Source of the DNA: Eledone cirrhosa
Lineage: Eukaryota
DNA length: 64,000 nucleotides
Direction of reading: 5' to 3'
Assembly: GCA_964016885.1 (NCBI GenBank)
Contig: OZ024745.1
Location: forward strand, 83,638,001-83,702,000
The notes under the pieces were generated by a model, which saw nothing but the letters and a program-made list of their open reading frames with translations, was not told the DNA's origin and did no database searches. Positions 11,841 through 24,600 of this stretch are shown piece by piece; the stretch's first letter is position 1; every line of letters starts with the position of its first letter. A program made the position numbers and the translations under genes.

Positions 11841-14421
11841 AGAGAGCAGAGAGCAGAGTCAGTCAGTATAGACAGAACCGCATGTTTGACAACAACCAGA
11901 AGATGTTGTGTGGACAGCTTGAAGGGAAAGAAAGTGGCAACGACTTGATCCCTGAGGCGGAACAGACTAAGACATTCTGGAGAGGAATATGGGAGCAGGA
12001 TGTTGAACATAATGATCAGGCAGTGTGGATTGAGACAGTACAAATGGAGATTAGTGAACAGGCACACCAACAAACTGATTTGAGTATCACAGTTGAAACT
12101 CTTATGGGGCAGGCCAGAAAACTAACCAACTGGAAATCACCAGGCCCAGATGGTGTGCAGGGGTATTGGATTAAAACTATAACATCCCTCCACCCGAAAC
12201 TGACAACCATGTTCAATGACTGCTTGATGTCAGGTGAGGTAGCAGAGTGGTTGACAAAAGGTACCACAGTTCTGGTAATGAAAGACCAAACCAAGGGTAA
12301 TGATGTTACCAACTATAGACCTATCACATGTCTGTCCGTAATGTGGAAACTGTTAACAACCATTGTGTCTGAGGAAATCTACCATCACCTCCACATAAAC
12401 AACTTGTTAGCGGACGCACAGAAAGGAGTCCCGTGGTACAAAAGACCAGTTACTTATTGATAAGATGGTAATGAGGAATTGCAAGAGGAGACACTTCGTC
12501 TTGCCATGGGATGGATAGCTTACAAAAAGGCATTCGACATGGTACCTCATTCTTGGATAACCAAAAGCCTAGATATCTTCAGGGTGGCAGATAACATCAG
12601 ACAGTTGTTGAGCAAGAGTATGAAGTCCTGGAAAACAGAATTAAAATCGGGCGGAGAATCGTTGGGAGGCGTGAGGATCAAGAGAGATATTTTCCAGGGA
12701 GATAGCTTGTCCCCTCCGTTGTTTGTCCTTGCCCTGATCGCCCTGACCATTATACTGCAAAATGTGAGAGCAGGATACAAGTTGGGAAAGGGCGAGCTTA
12801 CCATCAATCACCTCCTCTTCATGGACGATCATGGACGATCTTCGGGAAGAGTGAGAGGGAGTTGGATGTGCTTGTTGACACTGTCCGTATTTTCAGCAAT
12901 GATATATGTATGCAATTTGGTATTAGTAAGTGTTGAGTCCTTGTGATGAAGAGGGGTAAATTAAGCAGAAGCAACGGAATCCAGGTACCAACAGGTGAGA
13001 TGAAGAAGGAAATTGACACTGAAGAAGGATACAAATATTTAGGTGTTCTGGAGGCAGATGACATCAAGAACATAAAAATGAAGGAATTGATAAGATATGA
13101 ATACATTCGGAGAGTAAGGAGCGTATTAGAGTCACATATATGTCTCCAGCCTTTATAGTGAGTCTGGGCTAGGTGTTTACACTCGGATACAATGTGAGCC
13201 ACAGTCTCCTCTCTCCACAGATCCTACACAGTGGGTTATAAGTGCAGTAAATTCCCGAGCTGTGTCTATTATTAGGTACAGTGCGAGGAATTCTGAGATG
13301 GAATGTTGCTGAACAAAAAGAAATGGATAGGAAGACTAGGAAGCTATTGACTATCTACAACATGTTCCACAAAAGGAGTGGTGTCGATAGACTCAACTTA
13401 AGGAGATCTGATGTGGAAGAGGACTTATCAGCATAGAGGACTGTGTTCAGATGGAGAAAAACAACCTACACTAATACGTGACTGATAGTAGGAAGCCAAT
13501 GCTCAGAATTGTACTGAATGAGAGGACAATAGACCAGGGGATGTCCAAGGAGGAAATAACAACAAGGAGAAAGAGCAACCTTCATGAAAAATCCCTTCAT
13601 AGTACCTTCTTTGAGAAAACTGAATTCAGAGATCCACAGACATGGAACTGGTTGAAAAGAGGAGACCTTAAAAAGGCTACAGAAGGAATGCTAATGGCTG
13701 CGCAAGAGCAGGCCCTCAAAACGAAGTGGCTGAAACACCATATTTACGAGGAGGCTAGCCCACTGTGTAGGATCTGTGGAGAGAGGAGACTGTGGCTCAC
13801 ATTGTATCCGAGTGTAAACACCTAGCCCAGACTCACTATAAAGGCTGGAGACATGATGTGATGGGCAGGGTGATCCACTGGCACCTATGCAAAGTAAACA
13901 ATTTACCACATTCTGAGAAGTGGTATGAGCATAAGCCAGAGTCGGTGATGGAAAAAGATCAGGTGGAGGTGCTCTGGGATTTTAGGATACAGACGGACAA
14001 GAAACTGGAACCCAATAGACCTGACTTGGTGGTTTGGGACAAGGGAAAATGATCGTGCCTGATTGTGGGTGTAGCCTGCCCATTTGACACGAGAGTGCAA
14101 GAGAAGGAGAGGGAGAAAATTAACCGATACCAGGACTTAAAATGGGAGGTAAAATAGATTTGGAACTGCCATGAAGTCAAAGTGGTCCCGATTGTCATAG
14201 ACGCACTAGGTACTATCTCAAAGAGTTTCTAGGGATGGTTAAAGAAAATTGGTCCCGCCCCGATTTTTGGAACACTTCAAAAGGCATGCTTGCTGGGAAC
14301 AGCAAGAAGCCTCTGATACGTCCTGAATATCTCAGGCTGCAGGTAGTGGCTTGATATTCATTTCAACAAACTTTCCAGTTAAATAACATCAATGACTGAG
14401 ACTCAAAGAACAATAATAATG

Positions 14422-14458
<37 letters not shown>
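11841..14458 (+). mobile_element. R4/Dong-like RLE element, family A, copy A1 (5'-truncated, degraded)
   Basis: KSPGPDG, YRPITCL, FMDD, RHD and RPDL fragments; bounded by (AAT)n tracts. Confidence 0.9.
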
Positions 14459-17400
14459 GTTTTGAATTTTTAACATATTTAAACCATTTGTGAAATAATA
14501 ACTCTTAGCACAAATGCTACGTAAAGCACCCGGCTTGAGCCCCAAAAAATTCGGACCCAAAATATATTGTTATAAGGCTCAAATATTCAAATATTCAACT
14601 TTGTATTGTACACTGTATATCCAAAAAAAAAAAAAAAAAATGGCTACAAATGGAAGAAGAACCCCTCCCCTCCTCTCCTCTGGCTACACTATATAGGACA
14701 GCTAAACTCACCAACACCAGAAACTAGATACACCACCCACCCCATCATCTGTGTACACTAAACACAACAGCCAGATAACGACACATTTTCACCTTCACCG
14801 CCACCGCTCACTACGGCCATCATTACCACCACTATCCCATCACCGCCGCCACTACCCCTTGACTCCGCTACAGCACCATCACTACAGTAATACGGTCACA
14901 TCACCGCCACCACTGCCTCGGTATCGACATCACCACCACCACTGTCTCAGTATCGCTAACGCCGCCAGTCTCCCACTTCCCTGCTGGCTGCTACTTCCAC
15001 ATTATAGAATCCCTACTACTAACAAAGAGGAAGGCATCAAAATATATAGATAGACCCAAAAGAAAAAAGAAAAAACAAACAACAAAACCAAAGCAGCACA
15101 GCAACAACAGCAAAAAACGAGAAAAACAAACAGAGAAAAACAAAAACAAAAATAAAGAAACCCCAAAACGTAAAGAAAATAAGAATGAAGAGAGAAGCAG
15201 GCGGACGGACAGAGAAGAGGGGGGAAAAAGTAAAACTTAAAAAACTAAAACTAAGTCAGACATTCGAACACTACATTACAATGAAACTTATGCTTATTCA
15301 TTTCTGGGGCCCTTTCTGCGTGTGTGTTTGTTTGTTTATGTGTGTTCATATACAGCGTGGTGATAGTGCCACACAAGGGCCAAGTGGGATGGCGGATCCA
15401 CAGATGGCTATGTAAACATACGTTCGCCAATCCTCGATAAGAGTGTTTAAATATCGAACATAAACAGTTCGAATAACGGTGAAATGGAGACTAGAACGTC
15501 ATGTGACAGACTCTCACCCAACAGGTGCCCCCTGGCTCAGCAGCAGGAACCTGATTGTCAACCAAATACTGCTGATGTTGGAGGAAGGAGAAGAAGGAAA
15601 GGGGCCAGAACCAACTGGACGAAAGAATTGAATAGAACTGTTATGCAATGCTACCTGAAAAGTAACCCCAAGGAGAGGGGCTACAGGAGACGGATGCATA
15701 ACATCTGGAACGAGATTGGTTTATTTAAATTAGATGAACAAAAATTGGCCGGGCAGGCTCGGGTAATAAGAACTAATGGGTGGATAAGCGAGCTGGAACT
15801 GGAGGAACTGAGCAGAGAGAATGGCTTGGAGATGGCGGGTGTAGTATGCCAGACAAGCGAGCCGCTGGGAAATGAAGGTGAGGAGGTCCTGAGAACGGAG
15901 GAACCACCCGAAGCAGACAATGATCTGAGTACTGAGATAAATAATACCTGGAACAGAGATACGGCCACTGAGGAGATGAATGCTGACGGGCTAGGACAAG
16001 ATTCGGTTGACATCCTAAATTTAGTGGTAGATGAATTGAACAATGATAGTGGGAGGCCTATGAACCTAAGATTTGTAGACAGGAAAAAGTTAAAAGAAAC
16101 AACAGCTAAGGTAAACAAAGTCATCCCATACCTTGAGGCGAGGAGCCTTCACCAGTGCAACAATATCCTCAGAGCAACAGCAAATACGGTGAGGAAACTA
16201 CTTGGTATAAAAGCGAGAGGAAACAACAGACAAGAAAGAGCAGAGCCGTGGTGGAAGAAGCGACTGAGTGGGCAAATCGGGGAAATGAGAAATGACATAG
16301 GAAAGCTTGAGTCACTACTGAATGGGACACTAAAAAACATAGGCACTAAAAATAGACTGGAAATAAAATACAAAACTAGGAGTAAAAAGCTAAATATTAT
16401 CATAGAGGAATTGAAGCAACGCATTGCAGCAAAGTGTGCAAAAATCAGGCGATACGAGAACAGAGTCAGTCAGTATAAACAGAACCGCATGTTCGACAAC
16501 AACCAGAAGATGCTGTTTGGACAGCTTGAGGGCAAAGAAAGAGGCAACGACTTGATCCCTGGGGCGGAGCAAACTAAAACATTCTGGAGAGGTATATGGG
16601 AGCAGGATGTTAGACACAATGCCCAGGCAGGGTGGATTGAGACAGTACAGAGGGAGATCGGTGAGCAGCCACAGCAACAGACTGATTTGAGTATCACAGT
16701 TGAAACTCTTAAGGGGCAAGCCAAAAAACTAACCAACTGGAAATCACCAGGCCCAGATGGTGTGCAGGGGTATTGGATTAAACATCTAACATCCCTCCAC
16801 CCGAAGCTGACGGCCATGTTCAATGACTGCTTGGTGTCGGGTGAGGTGCCAGAGTGGTTGACAAAAGGTACCACAGTTCTGATAATGAAAGACCGAATCA
16901 AGGGTAATGATGCTACCAACTATAGACCTATCACATGTCTGCTCGTAATGTGGAAACTGTTGACGAGCATTGTGTCTGAGGAAATCTACCATCACCTCCA
17001 CACAAACAACTTGTTACCGGACGAACAGAAAGGATGCCGAAAGAAGTCACGTGGTACAAAGGACCAGCTGCTTGTTGATAAGATGGTAATGGGGACTTGC
17101 AGGAGGAGACACACTGATCTTGCCATGGGATGGATATGGTGCCTCATTCCTGGATCACCAAAAGCCTGGAGATCTTCAGGGTGGCAGATAACATCAGACA
17201 GTTGCTGGGCAGGAGTATGGGGTCCTGGGAGACAGAGTTGACATCAACTGGAGTATCCTTGGGAAGCGTGAAGATCAAGAGAGGTATCTTCCAGGGAGAT
17301 AGCCTGTCCCCTCTGTTGTTTGTCCTTGCCCTGATGCCCTTGACCATTATGCTGCGAAAAGTGAGAGCAGGATACATGTTGGGAAGGGGAGAGCTTACCA

Positions 17401-18967
17401 TCAATCACCTCCTCTTCATGGACGATCTTAAGCTCTTCGGGAAAAGTGAGAAGGAGTTGGATGTGCTTGTTGACACTGTCCGTATTTTCAGCAGTGATAT
17501 ATGTATGCAGTTTGGTATTGGTAAATGTGGAGTCATTGTGATGAAGAGGGGTAGGTTGAGCAGAAGTAACGGGATCCAGATACCAACAGGTGAGATGATA
17601 AAGGAAATTGACTCTGAGGAAGGATACAAGTATTTGGGCGTTCTGGAGGCTGATGGCATAAAGAACAAAAAAATGAAGGAATTGTTAAGAACTGAATACA
17701 TTCGGAGAGTAAGGAGCGTATTGAAGTCACATCTGAACAGCAGAAATGCCATAAGCGCAGTAAATTCCCGAGCTGTGTCTATTATTAGGTACAGTGCGGG
17801 AATTCTGAGATGGAATGTTGCTGAACAAAAAGAAATGGATAGGAAGACTAGGAAGCTATTGACTATCTACAACATGTTCCACAAGAGGAGTGATGTCGAT
17901 AGACTCTACCTAAGGAGATCTGAGGGTGGAAGAGGTCTTATCAGCATAGAGGACTGTGTTCAGATGGAGAAAAACAACCTATACAAATACGTGACCTATA
18001 GTAAGGAGCCAATGCTCAGAGCTGTACTGAAGGAGGGGACAGTAGGCCAGGGGATGTCCAGTGAGGAAATAACATCAAGGAGGAAGAGCAGACTTAAGGG
18101 AAAACCCCTTCATAGTACCTTCTTTGAGAAAACTGAATTTAGAGATCCACAGACATGGAACTGGTTGAGAAGAGGAGACCTCAAAAAGGCTACAGAAGGA
18201 ATGCTAATGGCTGCGCAGGAGCAGTCCCTCAAAACGAAGTGGTTGAAGCACCATATCTACAAGGAGGAGGCCAGCCCACTGTGCAGGATCTGTGGAGAGA
18301 GAGAGGAGACTGTGGCTCACATTGTGTCCGAGTGTAAACACCTAGCCCAGACCCACTATAAGGGCTGGAGACACGATGTGATGGGCAGGGTGATCCACTG
18401 GCACCTGTGCAAAGTAAACAATCTACCACATTCTGAGAAATGGTATGAGCATAGGACAGAGGCGGTGATGGAGAACAATCAGGTGAAGGTGCTGTGGGAT
18501 TTTAGGATACAGACGGACAAAAACTGGAACACAATAGACCTGACCTGGTGATTGTGGACAAAGAAAAACGATCGTGCCTGATTGTGGATGTGGCCTGCCC
18601 GTTCGACACGAGAGTGCAAGAGAAGGAGAGGGAGAAAATTAACCGATACCAGGACCTAAAGTGGGAGGTGAAAAGGATTTGAAACTGCCATGAAGTCAAA
18701 GTGATCCCGATTGTCATAGGCACACTGGGGACTATCTCCAAAAGTTTCCAGGGATGGTTAAAGAAAATCGGCCCCTTCACGCTTTTTGGAACGCTTCAAA
18801 AGGCATGCTTGCTTGGAACAGCAAGAACCCTCCGATACGTCCTGAATATCTGAGGCTGCAGGTAATGGCTTGATATTCAATCCAACGGACTTTCCAGTTA
18901 ACCAACATCAATGACTAAGATTCAAGGAATAACAATAACAATAATAATAATAATAATAATAATAATA
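14457..18967 (+). mobile_element. Dong-like family A, copy A2 (near full length, with leader)
   Basis: Leader 14457-15483, ORF 15484-18852 with frameshifts, 3' UTR, (AAT)n tail. Confidence 0.92.
15484..18852 (+). pseudogene. Family A RT-RLE polyprotein, disrupted
   Basis: Fragments 15484-17241 and 17130-18551 plus C-terminus; a deletion near 17133 removes DYRKAF. Confidence 0.9.
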
Positions 18968-21451
18968 AGGGGAATGAGGGGAAAGAAAGAGGCAACGACT
19001 TGATCCCTGGGGCGGAGCAAACTAAAACATTCTGGAGAGGAATATGGGAGCAGGGTGTTAGACATAATGTCCAGGCAGGGTGGATTGAGACAGTACAGAG
19101 GGAGATCGGTGAGCAGGCACAACAACAGACTGATTTGAGTATCACAGTTGAAACTCTTAAGGGGCAGGCCAAAAAAATAACCAACTGGAAATCACCAGGC
19201 CCAGATGGTGTGCAGGGGTATTGGATTAAACATCTAACATCCCTCCACCCGAAGCTGACGGCCATGTTCAATGACTGCTTGGTGTCGGGTGAGGTGCCAG
19301 AGTGGTTGACAAAAGGTACCACAGTTCTGATAATGAAAGACCGAATCAAGGGTAATGATGTTACCAAATATAGACCTATCACATGTCTGTCCGTAATGTG
19401 GAAACTGTTGACGAGCATTGTGTCTGAGGAAATCTACCATCACCTCCACACAAACAACTTGTTACCGGACGAACAGAAAGGATGCCGAAAGAAGTCACGT
19501 GGTAGAAAGGACCAGTTACTTATTGATAAGATGGTAATGGGGAATTGCAGGAGGAGACACACTGATCTTGCCATGGGATGGATAGACTACAGAAAGGCAT
19601 TTGACATGGTGCCTCATTCTTGGATCACCAAAAGCCTGGAGATCTTCAGGGTGGCAGATAACATCAGGCAGTTGCTGGGCAGGAGTATGGGGTCCTGGGA
19701 GACAGAGTTGACATCAACTGGAGTATCCTTGGGAAGCGTGAAGATCAAGAGAGGTATCTTCCAGGGAGATAGCCTGTCCCCTCTGTTGTTTGTCCTTGCC
19801 CTGATGCCCTTGACCATCATGCTGCGAAAAGTGAGAGCAGGATACAAGTTGGGAAGGGGAGAGCTTACCATCAATCACCTCCTCTTCATGGACGATCTTA
19901 AGCTCTTCGGGAAAAGTGAGAAGGAGTTGGATGTGCTTGTTGACACTGTCCGTATTTTCAGCAGTGATATATGTATGCAGTTTGGTATTGGTAAATGTGG
20001 AGTCATTGTGATGAGGAGGGGTAGGTTGAGCAGAAGTAACGGGATCCAGATACCAACAGGTGAGATGATAAAGGAAATTGACTCTGAGGAAGGATACAAG
20101 TATTTGGGCGTTCTGGAGGCTGATGACATAAAGAACAAAAAAATGAAGGAATTGTTAAGAACTGAATACATTCGGAGAGTAAGGAGCGTATTGAAGTCAC
20201 ATCTGAACAGCAGAAATGCCATAAGCGCAGTAAATTCCCGAGCTGTGTCTATTATTAGGTACAGTGCGGGAATTCTGAGATGGAATGTTGCTGAACAAAA
20301 AGAAATGGATAGGAAGACTAGGAAGCTATTGACTATCTACAACATGTTCCACAAAAGGAGTGATGTCGATAGACTCTACCTAAGGAGATCTGAGGGTGGA
20401 AGAGGTCTTATCAGCATAGAGGACTGTGTTCAGATGGAGAAAAACAACCTATACAAATACGTGACCTATAGTAAGGAGCCAATGCTCAGAGCTGTACTGA
20501 AGGAGGGGACAGTAGGCCAGGGGATGTCCAAGGAGGAAATAACATCAAGGAGGAAGAGCAGCCTTAAGGGAAAATCCCTTCATAGTACCTTCTTTGAGAA
20601 AACTGAATTTAGAGATCCACAGACATGGAACTGGTTGAGAAGAGGAGACCTCAAAAAGGCTACAGAAGGAATGCTAATGGCTGCGCAGGAGCAGGCCCTC
20701 AAAACGAAGTGGTTGAAGCACCATATTTACAAGGAGGAGGCTAGCCCACTGTGCAGGATCTGTGGAGAGAGAGAGGAGACTGTGGCTCACATTGTGTCCG
20801 AGTGTAAACACCTAGCCCAGACCCACTATAAGGGCTGGAGACACGATGTGATGGGCAGGGTGATCCACTGGCACCTGTGCAAAGTAAACAATTTACCACA
20901 TTCTGAGAAATGGTATGAGCATAGGCCAGAGACGGTGATGGAGAACAATCAGGTGAATGTGCTGTGGGATTTTAGGATACAGACGGACAAAAAACTGGAA
21001 CACAATAGACCTGACCTGGTGGTTGTGGACAAAGAAAAAAGATCGTGTCTGATTGTGGATGTGGCCTGCCCGTTCGACACGAGAGTGCAAGAGAAGGAGA
21101 GGGAGAAAATTAACCGATACCAGGACCTAAAGTGGGAGGTGAAAAGGATTTGGAACTGCCATGAAGTCAAAGTGATCCCGATTGTCATAGGCGCACTGGG
21201 GACTACCTCCAAAAGTTTCCAGGGATGGTTAAAGAAAATCGGCCCCTTCACGCTTTTTGGAACGCTTGAAAAGGCATGCTTGCTTGGAACAGCAAGAACC
21301 CTCCGATACGTCCTGAATATCTGAGGCTGCAGGTAGTGGCTTGATATTCAATCCAACGGACTTTCCAGTTAACCAACATCAATGACTGAGATTCGAGGAA
21401 TAACAACCATAATAATAATAATAATAATGATAATAATAATAATAATAATAA
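18968..21451 (+). mobile_element. Dong-like family A, copy A3 (5'-truncated, young)
   Basis: Begins directly after the (AAT)n tail of A2 and ends in (AAT)n. Confidence 0.92.
19000..21324 (+). CDS. 5'-truncated RT + CCHC + restriction-like endonuclease ORF
   Basis: [59 protein letters not shown] (PD-(D/E)xK). Confidence 0.9.
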   Translation: MIPGAEQTKTFWRGIWEQGVRHNVQAGWIETVQREIGEQAQQQTDLSITVETLKGQAKKITNWKSPGPDGVQGYWIKHLTSLHPKLTAMFNDCLVSGEVPEWLTKGTTVLIMKDRIKGNDVTKYRPITCLSVMWKLLTSIVSEEIYHHLHTNNLLPDEQKGCRKKSRGRKDQLLIDKMVMGNCRRRHTDLAMGWIDYRKAFDMVPHSWITKSLEIFRVADNIRQLLGRSMGSWETELTSTGVSLGSVKIKRGIFQGDSLSPLLFVLALMPLTIMLRKVRAGYKLGRGELTINHLLFMDDLKLFGKSEKELDVLVDTVRIFSSDICMQFGIGKCGVIVMRRGRLSRSNGIQIPTGEMIKEIDSEEGYKYLGVLEADDIKNKKMKELLRTEYIRRVRSVLKSHLNSRNAISAVNSRAVSIIRYSAGILRWNVAEQKEMDRKTRKLLTIYNMFHKRSDVDRLYLRRSEGGRGLISIEDCVQMEKNNLYKYVTYSKEPMLRAVLKEGTVGQGMSKEEITSRRKSSLKGKSLHSTFFEKTEFRDPQTWNWLRRGDLKKATEGMLMAAQEQALKTKWLKHHIYKEEASPLCRICGEREETVAHIVSECKHLAQTHYKGWRHDVMGRVIHWHLCKVNNLPHSEKWYEHRPETVMENNQVNVLWDFRIQTDKKLEHNRPDLVVVDKEKRSCLIVDVACPFDTRVQEKEREKINRYQDLKWEVKRIWNCHEVKVIPIVIGALGTTSKSFQGWLKKIGPFTLFGTLEKACLLGTARTLRYVLNI

Positions 21452-21469
21452 ATATGATGAAAATATAAT

Positions 21470-21656
21470 TATTTCTACATTAGGCACAAGGCCAGCAATT
21501 ACCCAGTGTATTACTGGTACTTTATTTTATCGACCCCGTAAGGATGAAAGGCAAAGTTAACCTCGGCGAGATTTGAACTCAGAATGGCAAGGGCCGTAAC
21601 TCTATGCGTCAAAGCATGACGTCCGATCCTCTACCGATACTGCCAATCCACCGCCC
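21470..21656 (-). mobile_element. tRNA-derived SINE with 19-bp TSD
   Basis: Same family as 5772-5977; TSD AATATGATGAAAATATAAT at 21451-21469 and 21657-21675. Confidence 0.9.
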
Positions 21657-24600
21657 AATATGATGAAAATATAATGAAAATATATATTAAACATACGAAC
21701 ACAAACTCATAGATACTACGTCAGTAACGACAACACCACCGCTGCCACCACCCCACCACATCCATCATCGCCGCCACCACTCATTCAATGCTACTGACAC
21801 TATTCCCCTGTTAACTTGAGATAGAAAAGGGAAGGTGGCGGTAGCACTAGACAAGAGAGAGGCTAGCAAAAGATATAAATAGATTGACTTGGTGACCTTG
21901 CTACGGCCAAACGTCTACATCAACAATTATGGGACTGCTGGCTCACCCCTTCCTCACCAACAATATAAAAAGACCCGGCACCACCACCGACATAGCCAGC
22001 AGCAATAACAGCCAACTACAACAAAAAGTATATTATATTATTGTAATGCTCTGGGTGATTGCTGGCCTTGTGCCTGGAGTGGAGACAATTATTAATAATT
22101 TCATTCTTAAGCCACGCAATGCTCACATTAAGGAACCACTCATGATAATAACAATTTAAAAAAAACAACAAAAAGAAAACCCCGTGACCAAGAAATACCG
22201 GGATGGCGGCCGGCGGGGAATAGCCATGTCTCTAGGGGAGAACGACCCCTCTAGTCTTGGTTGACACTCGTTCTAGAAGTGGTAACACGAAATGATTACC
22301 CCTTGGCGGATAAGGATAAAACGCGACAAAATAAAGTAATGTCTAATGATAAAATCTCATACCGGATCGGCCGTCACCCGGGTAAAAAAGGGCCGCGTCC
22401 CTCAGAGAGGAACCAGACTGGGGTCGAAAAATCAGCTAATGGTTCAAACCTTCCCATCACTTCGGAGCTGGAGACCTCCCATAACCGGAATACTCCTACT
22501 GTTGGCCCTCCATGCTCACCACCAAGAAATCCAAAGAAAAAGAGAGAAAAATGGTCAAGGGAAGATAATAAAGAAGTCCTTGAGGCTTTCTACACTGCCA
22601 TGTACTACCCATCAAATACATCGAATACAGAACAAACATATATCAACTGGAAAAAGAAACATCCAGAAAACAGAGGCTATATTGACAGTAACAAACTAGC
22701 CAATATACGAAGAAATATTGTAAGAAAAAAGTTACTAACTGATATAGAAATTGATCAGATCAAGCTAGTAGCACAAAGTCAGCGAAGGGAAAATGAAGCA
22801 TGTGTCAGTGAAAACGAGGTAAACTGTAACACTTCGAATCCCAGGGTTGGGGCGGAATCACTGGCAACAGAACAAATTAAAGAAAGGAGCGAAAAAGTGG
22901 AGGGAGTGCATGCTCAGGATGAAACTCCAAATGAAAATAATGAGATCGTAAATGATAAAGAAATGAATGAGAATGAACTTGCCAACTTGAAGGATGAAAT
23001 TATGATCGAATGGATGAAAATGAAAGAATCTGACATGGGGCAACGAGACACCCTCCCTAAGATCCAGAACTCCAAACAGAACCAAAAGATAATACACAAG
23101 ACTAACATAATTCTCAAAAACATTATCATCACAAACAAACTAAACATTACTGACTTAAATCATCTCTATTATGCATCGGCTAAAGTCACCACTCACTTAT
23201 GTGGAGTGAAGATGAAAAAACAAAGGAATTCCCACAAGAAATCTACTTGGCAAGATAACATCAATCGCCAAATAAACCTTCTCCGATCTGACATAGGAAT
23301 TTTAACAAACTATAAAGTAGGTGAACATGTTAAACAAACTAAACTTAGAAAATTTAAAAAAAAGTACAGTATAAGATCAACATGTGACATAGACATGCTG
23401 ATAGAAACAATCAAGCAAAAAGTGTCGGCCAAAGCTGCTCGTATAAGGCGCTTTGAAAAACGATCTAGATTCTATAAGGACAATAATATGTTCAAAAACA
23501 ACCAAAGAAACTTCTACAGAAAAATTGGTAAGTCAACAATAACTGCTAAATCAATACCACCCAAGGAGGAAGTGCAAGAATTCTGGGAAAAGATCTGGGC
23601 CGAAGAAAAAGTTCATAACATACATGCCCCATGGATAGACAGACAAATGAAAGAAACAGCTCACCTTGAAGAACAAACATGGGAAAATATAACAGTTGAA
23701 CAGTTGCGTTTGGCTCTGAGAAAAACCAGCAAATGGAAATCCCCAGGAAAAGACAAAATACAAAATGTTTGGATAAATGCCTCCACAGAGTCTCATGAGC
23801 TGTTATCCCAACTTTACAATGAAATAGTTAAGTAGCCAGAAAAGATACCATCATGGCTAGTTAACGGCATTACATTCCTGCTTCCGAAGAATGATGAGAC
23901 AAACAATCCCAAAAATTACAGACCGATAACCTGCTTGACCACAATGTATAAAATTTTAACATCAGTCCTAACTGAATACACATATGACCACCTGATAACA
24001 AATGACCTATTTCCCATTGAGTAGAAAGGGTGTAAACGAGGCTCATATGGCTGTAAGGATCAGCTTCTGGTTAACAAAATGATACTGGAAGATTGTCATA
24101 ATAGACACAAAAATCTATCGATTGCTTGGATAGATTATAAAAAAGCATTCGATAGTTTGCCACACAGTTGGATTGAAAAATGTTTAGAGATTTTCAAAAT
24201 ATCCCCCGTTGTCAGGAGGTTTTTGTCATTCAGTATGAGGACATGGGGAACGACACTCCTTTTGAATAGTGAAACAAAATCACTGGAAGCTGGAGAAGTT
24301 AACGTTAATTGTGGAATTTTTCAGGGTGACTCTTTATCACCGCTTTTATTCTGCATCGCACTTATACCATTAAGTAAAATGCTCAATGAAACAAAACATG
24401 GATATAGAGTCTATGACAAAACCATTAATCACCTGTTCTACATGGATGACCTGAAACTATTTGCAAAAAATGATGAACAATTGCAAGGGCTATTATCCCC
24501 TGTGAAGCAGTTCAGTGATGACATTAAAATGCAGTTTGGACTGGATAAATGCGCCAAAGCAACGTTCACCAGAGGAAAGCTGCTGAAGAGTTCAGACATT

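Noticed and set aside
22209-22260. HDV-like ribozyme suggested by GGCCGGC
   Set aside because: No complementary P1' strand or P3/L3 motif found
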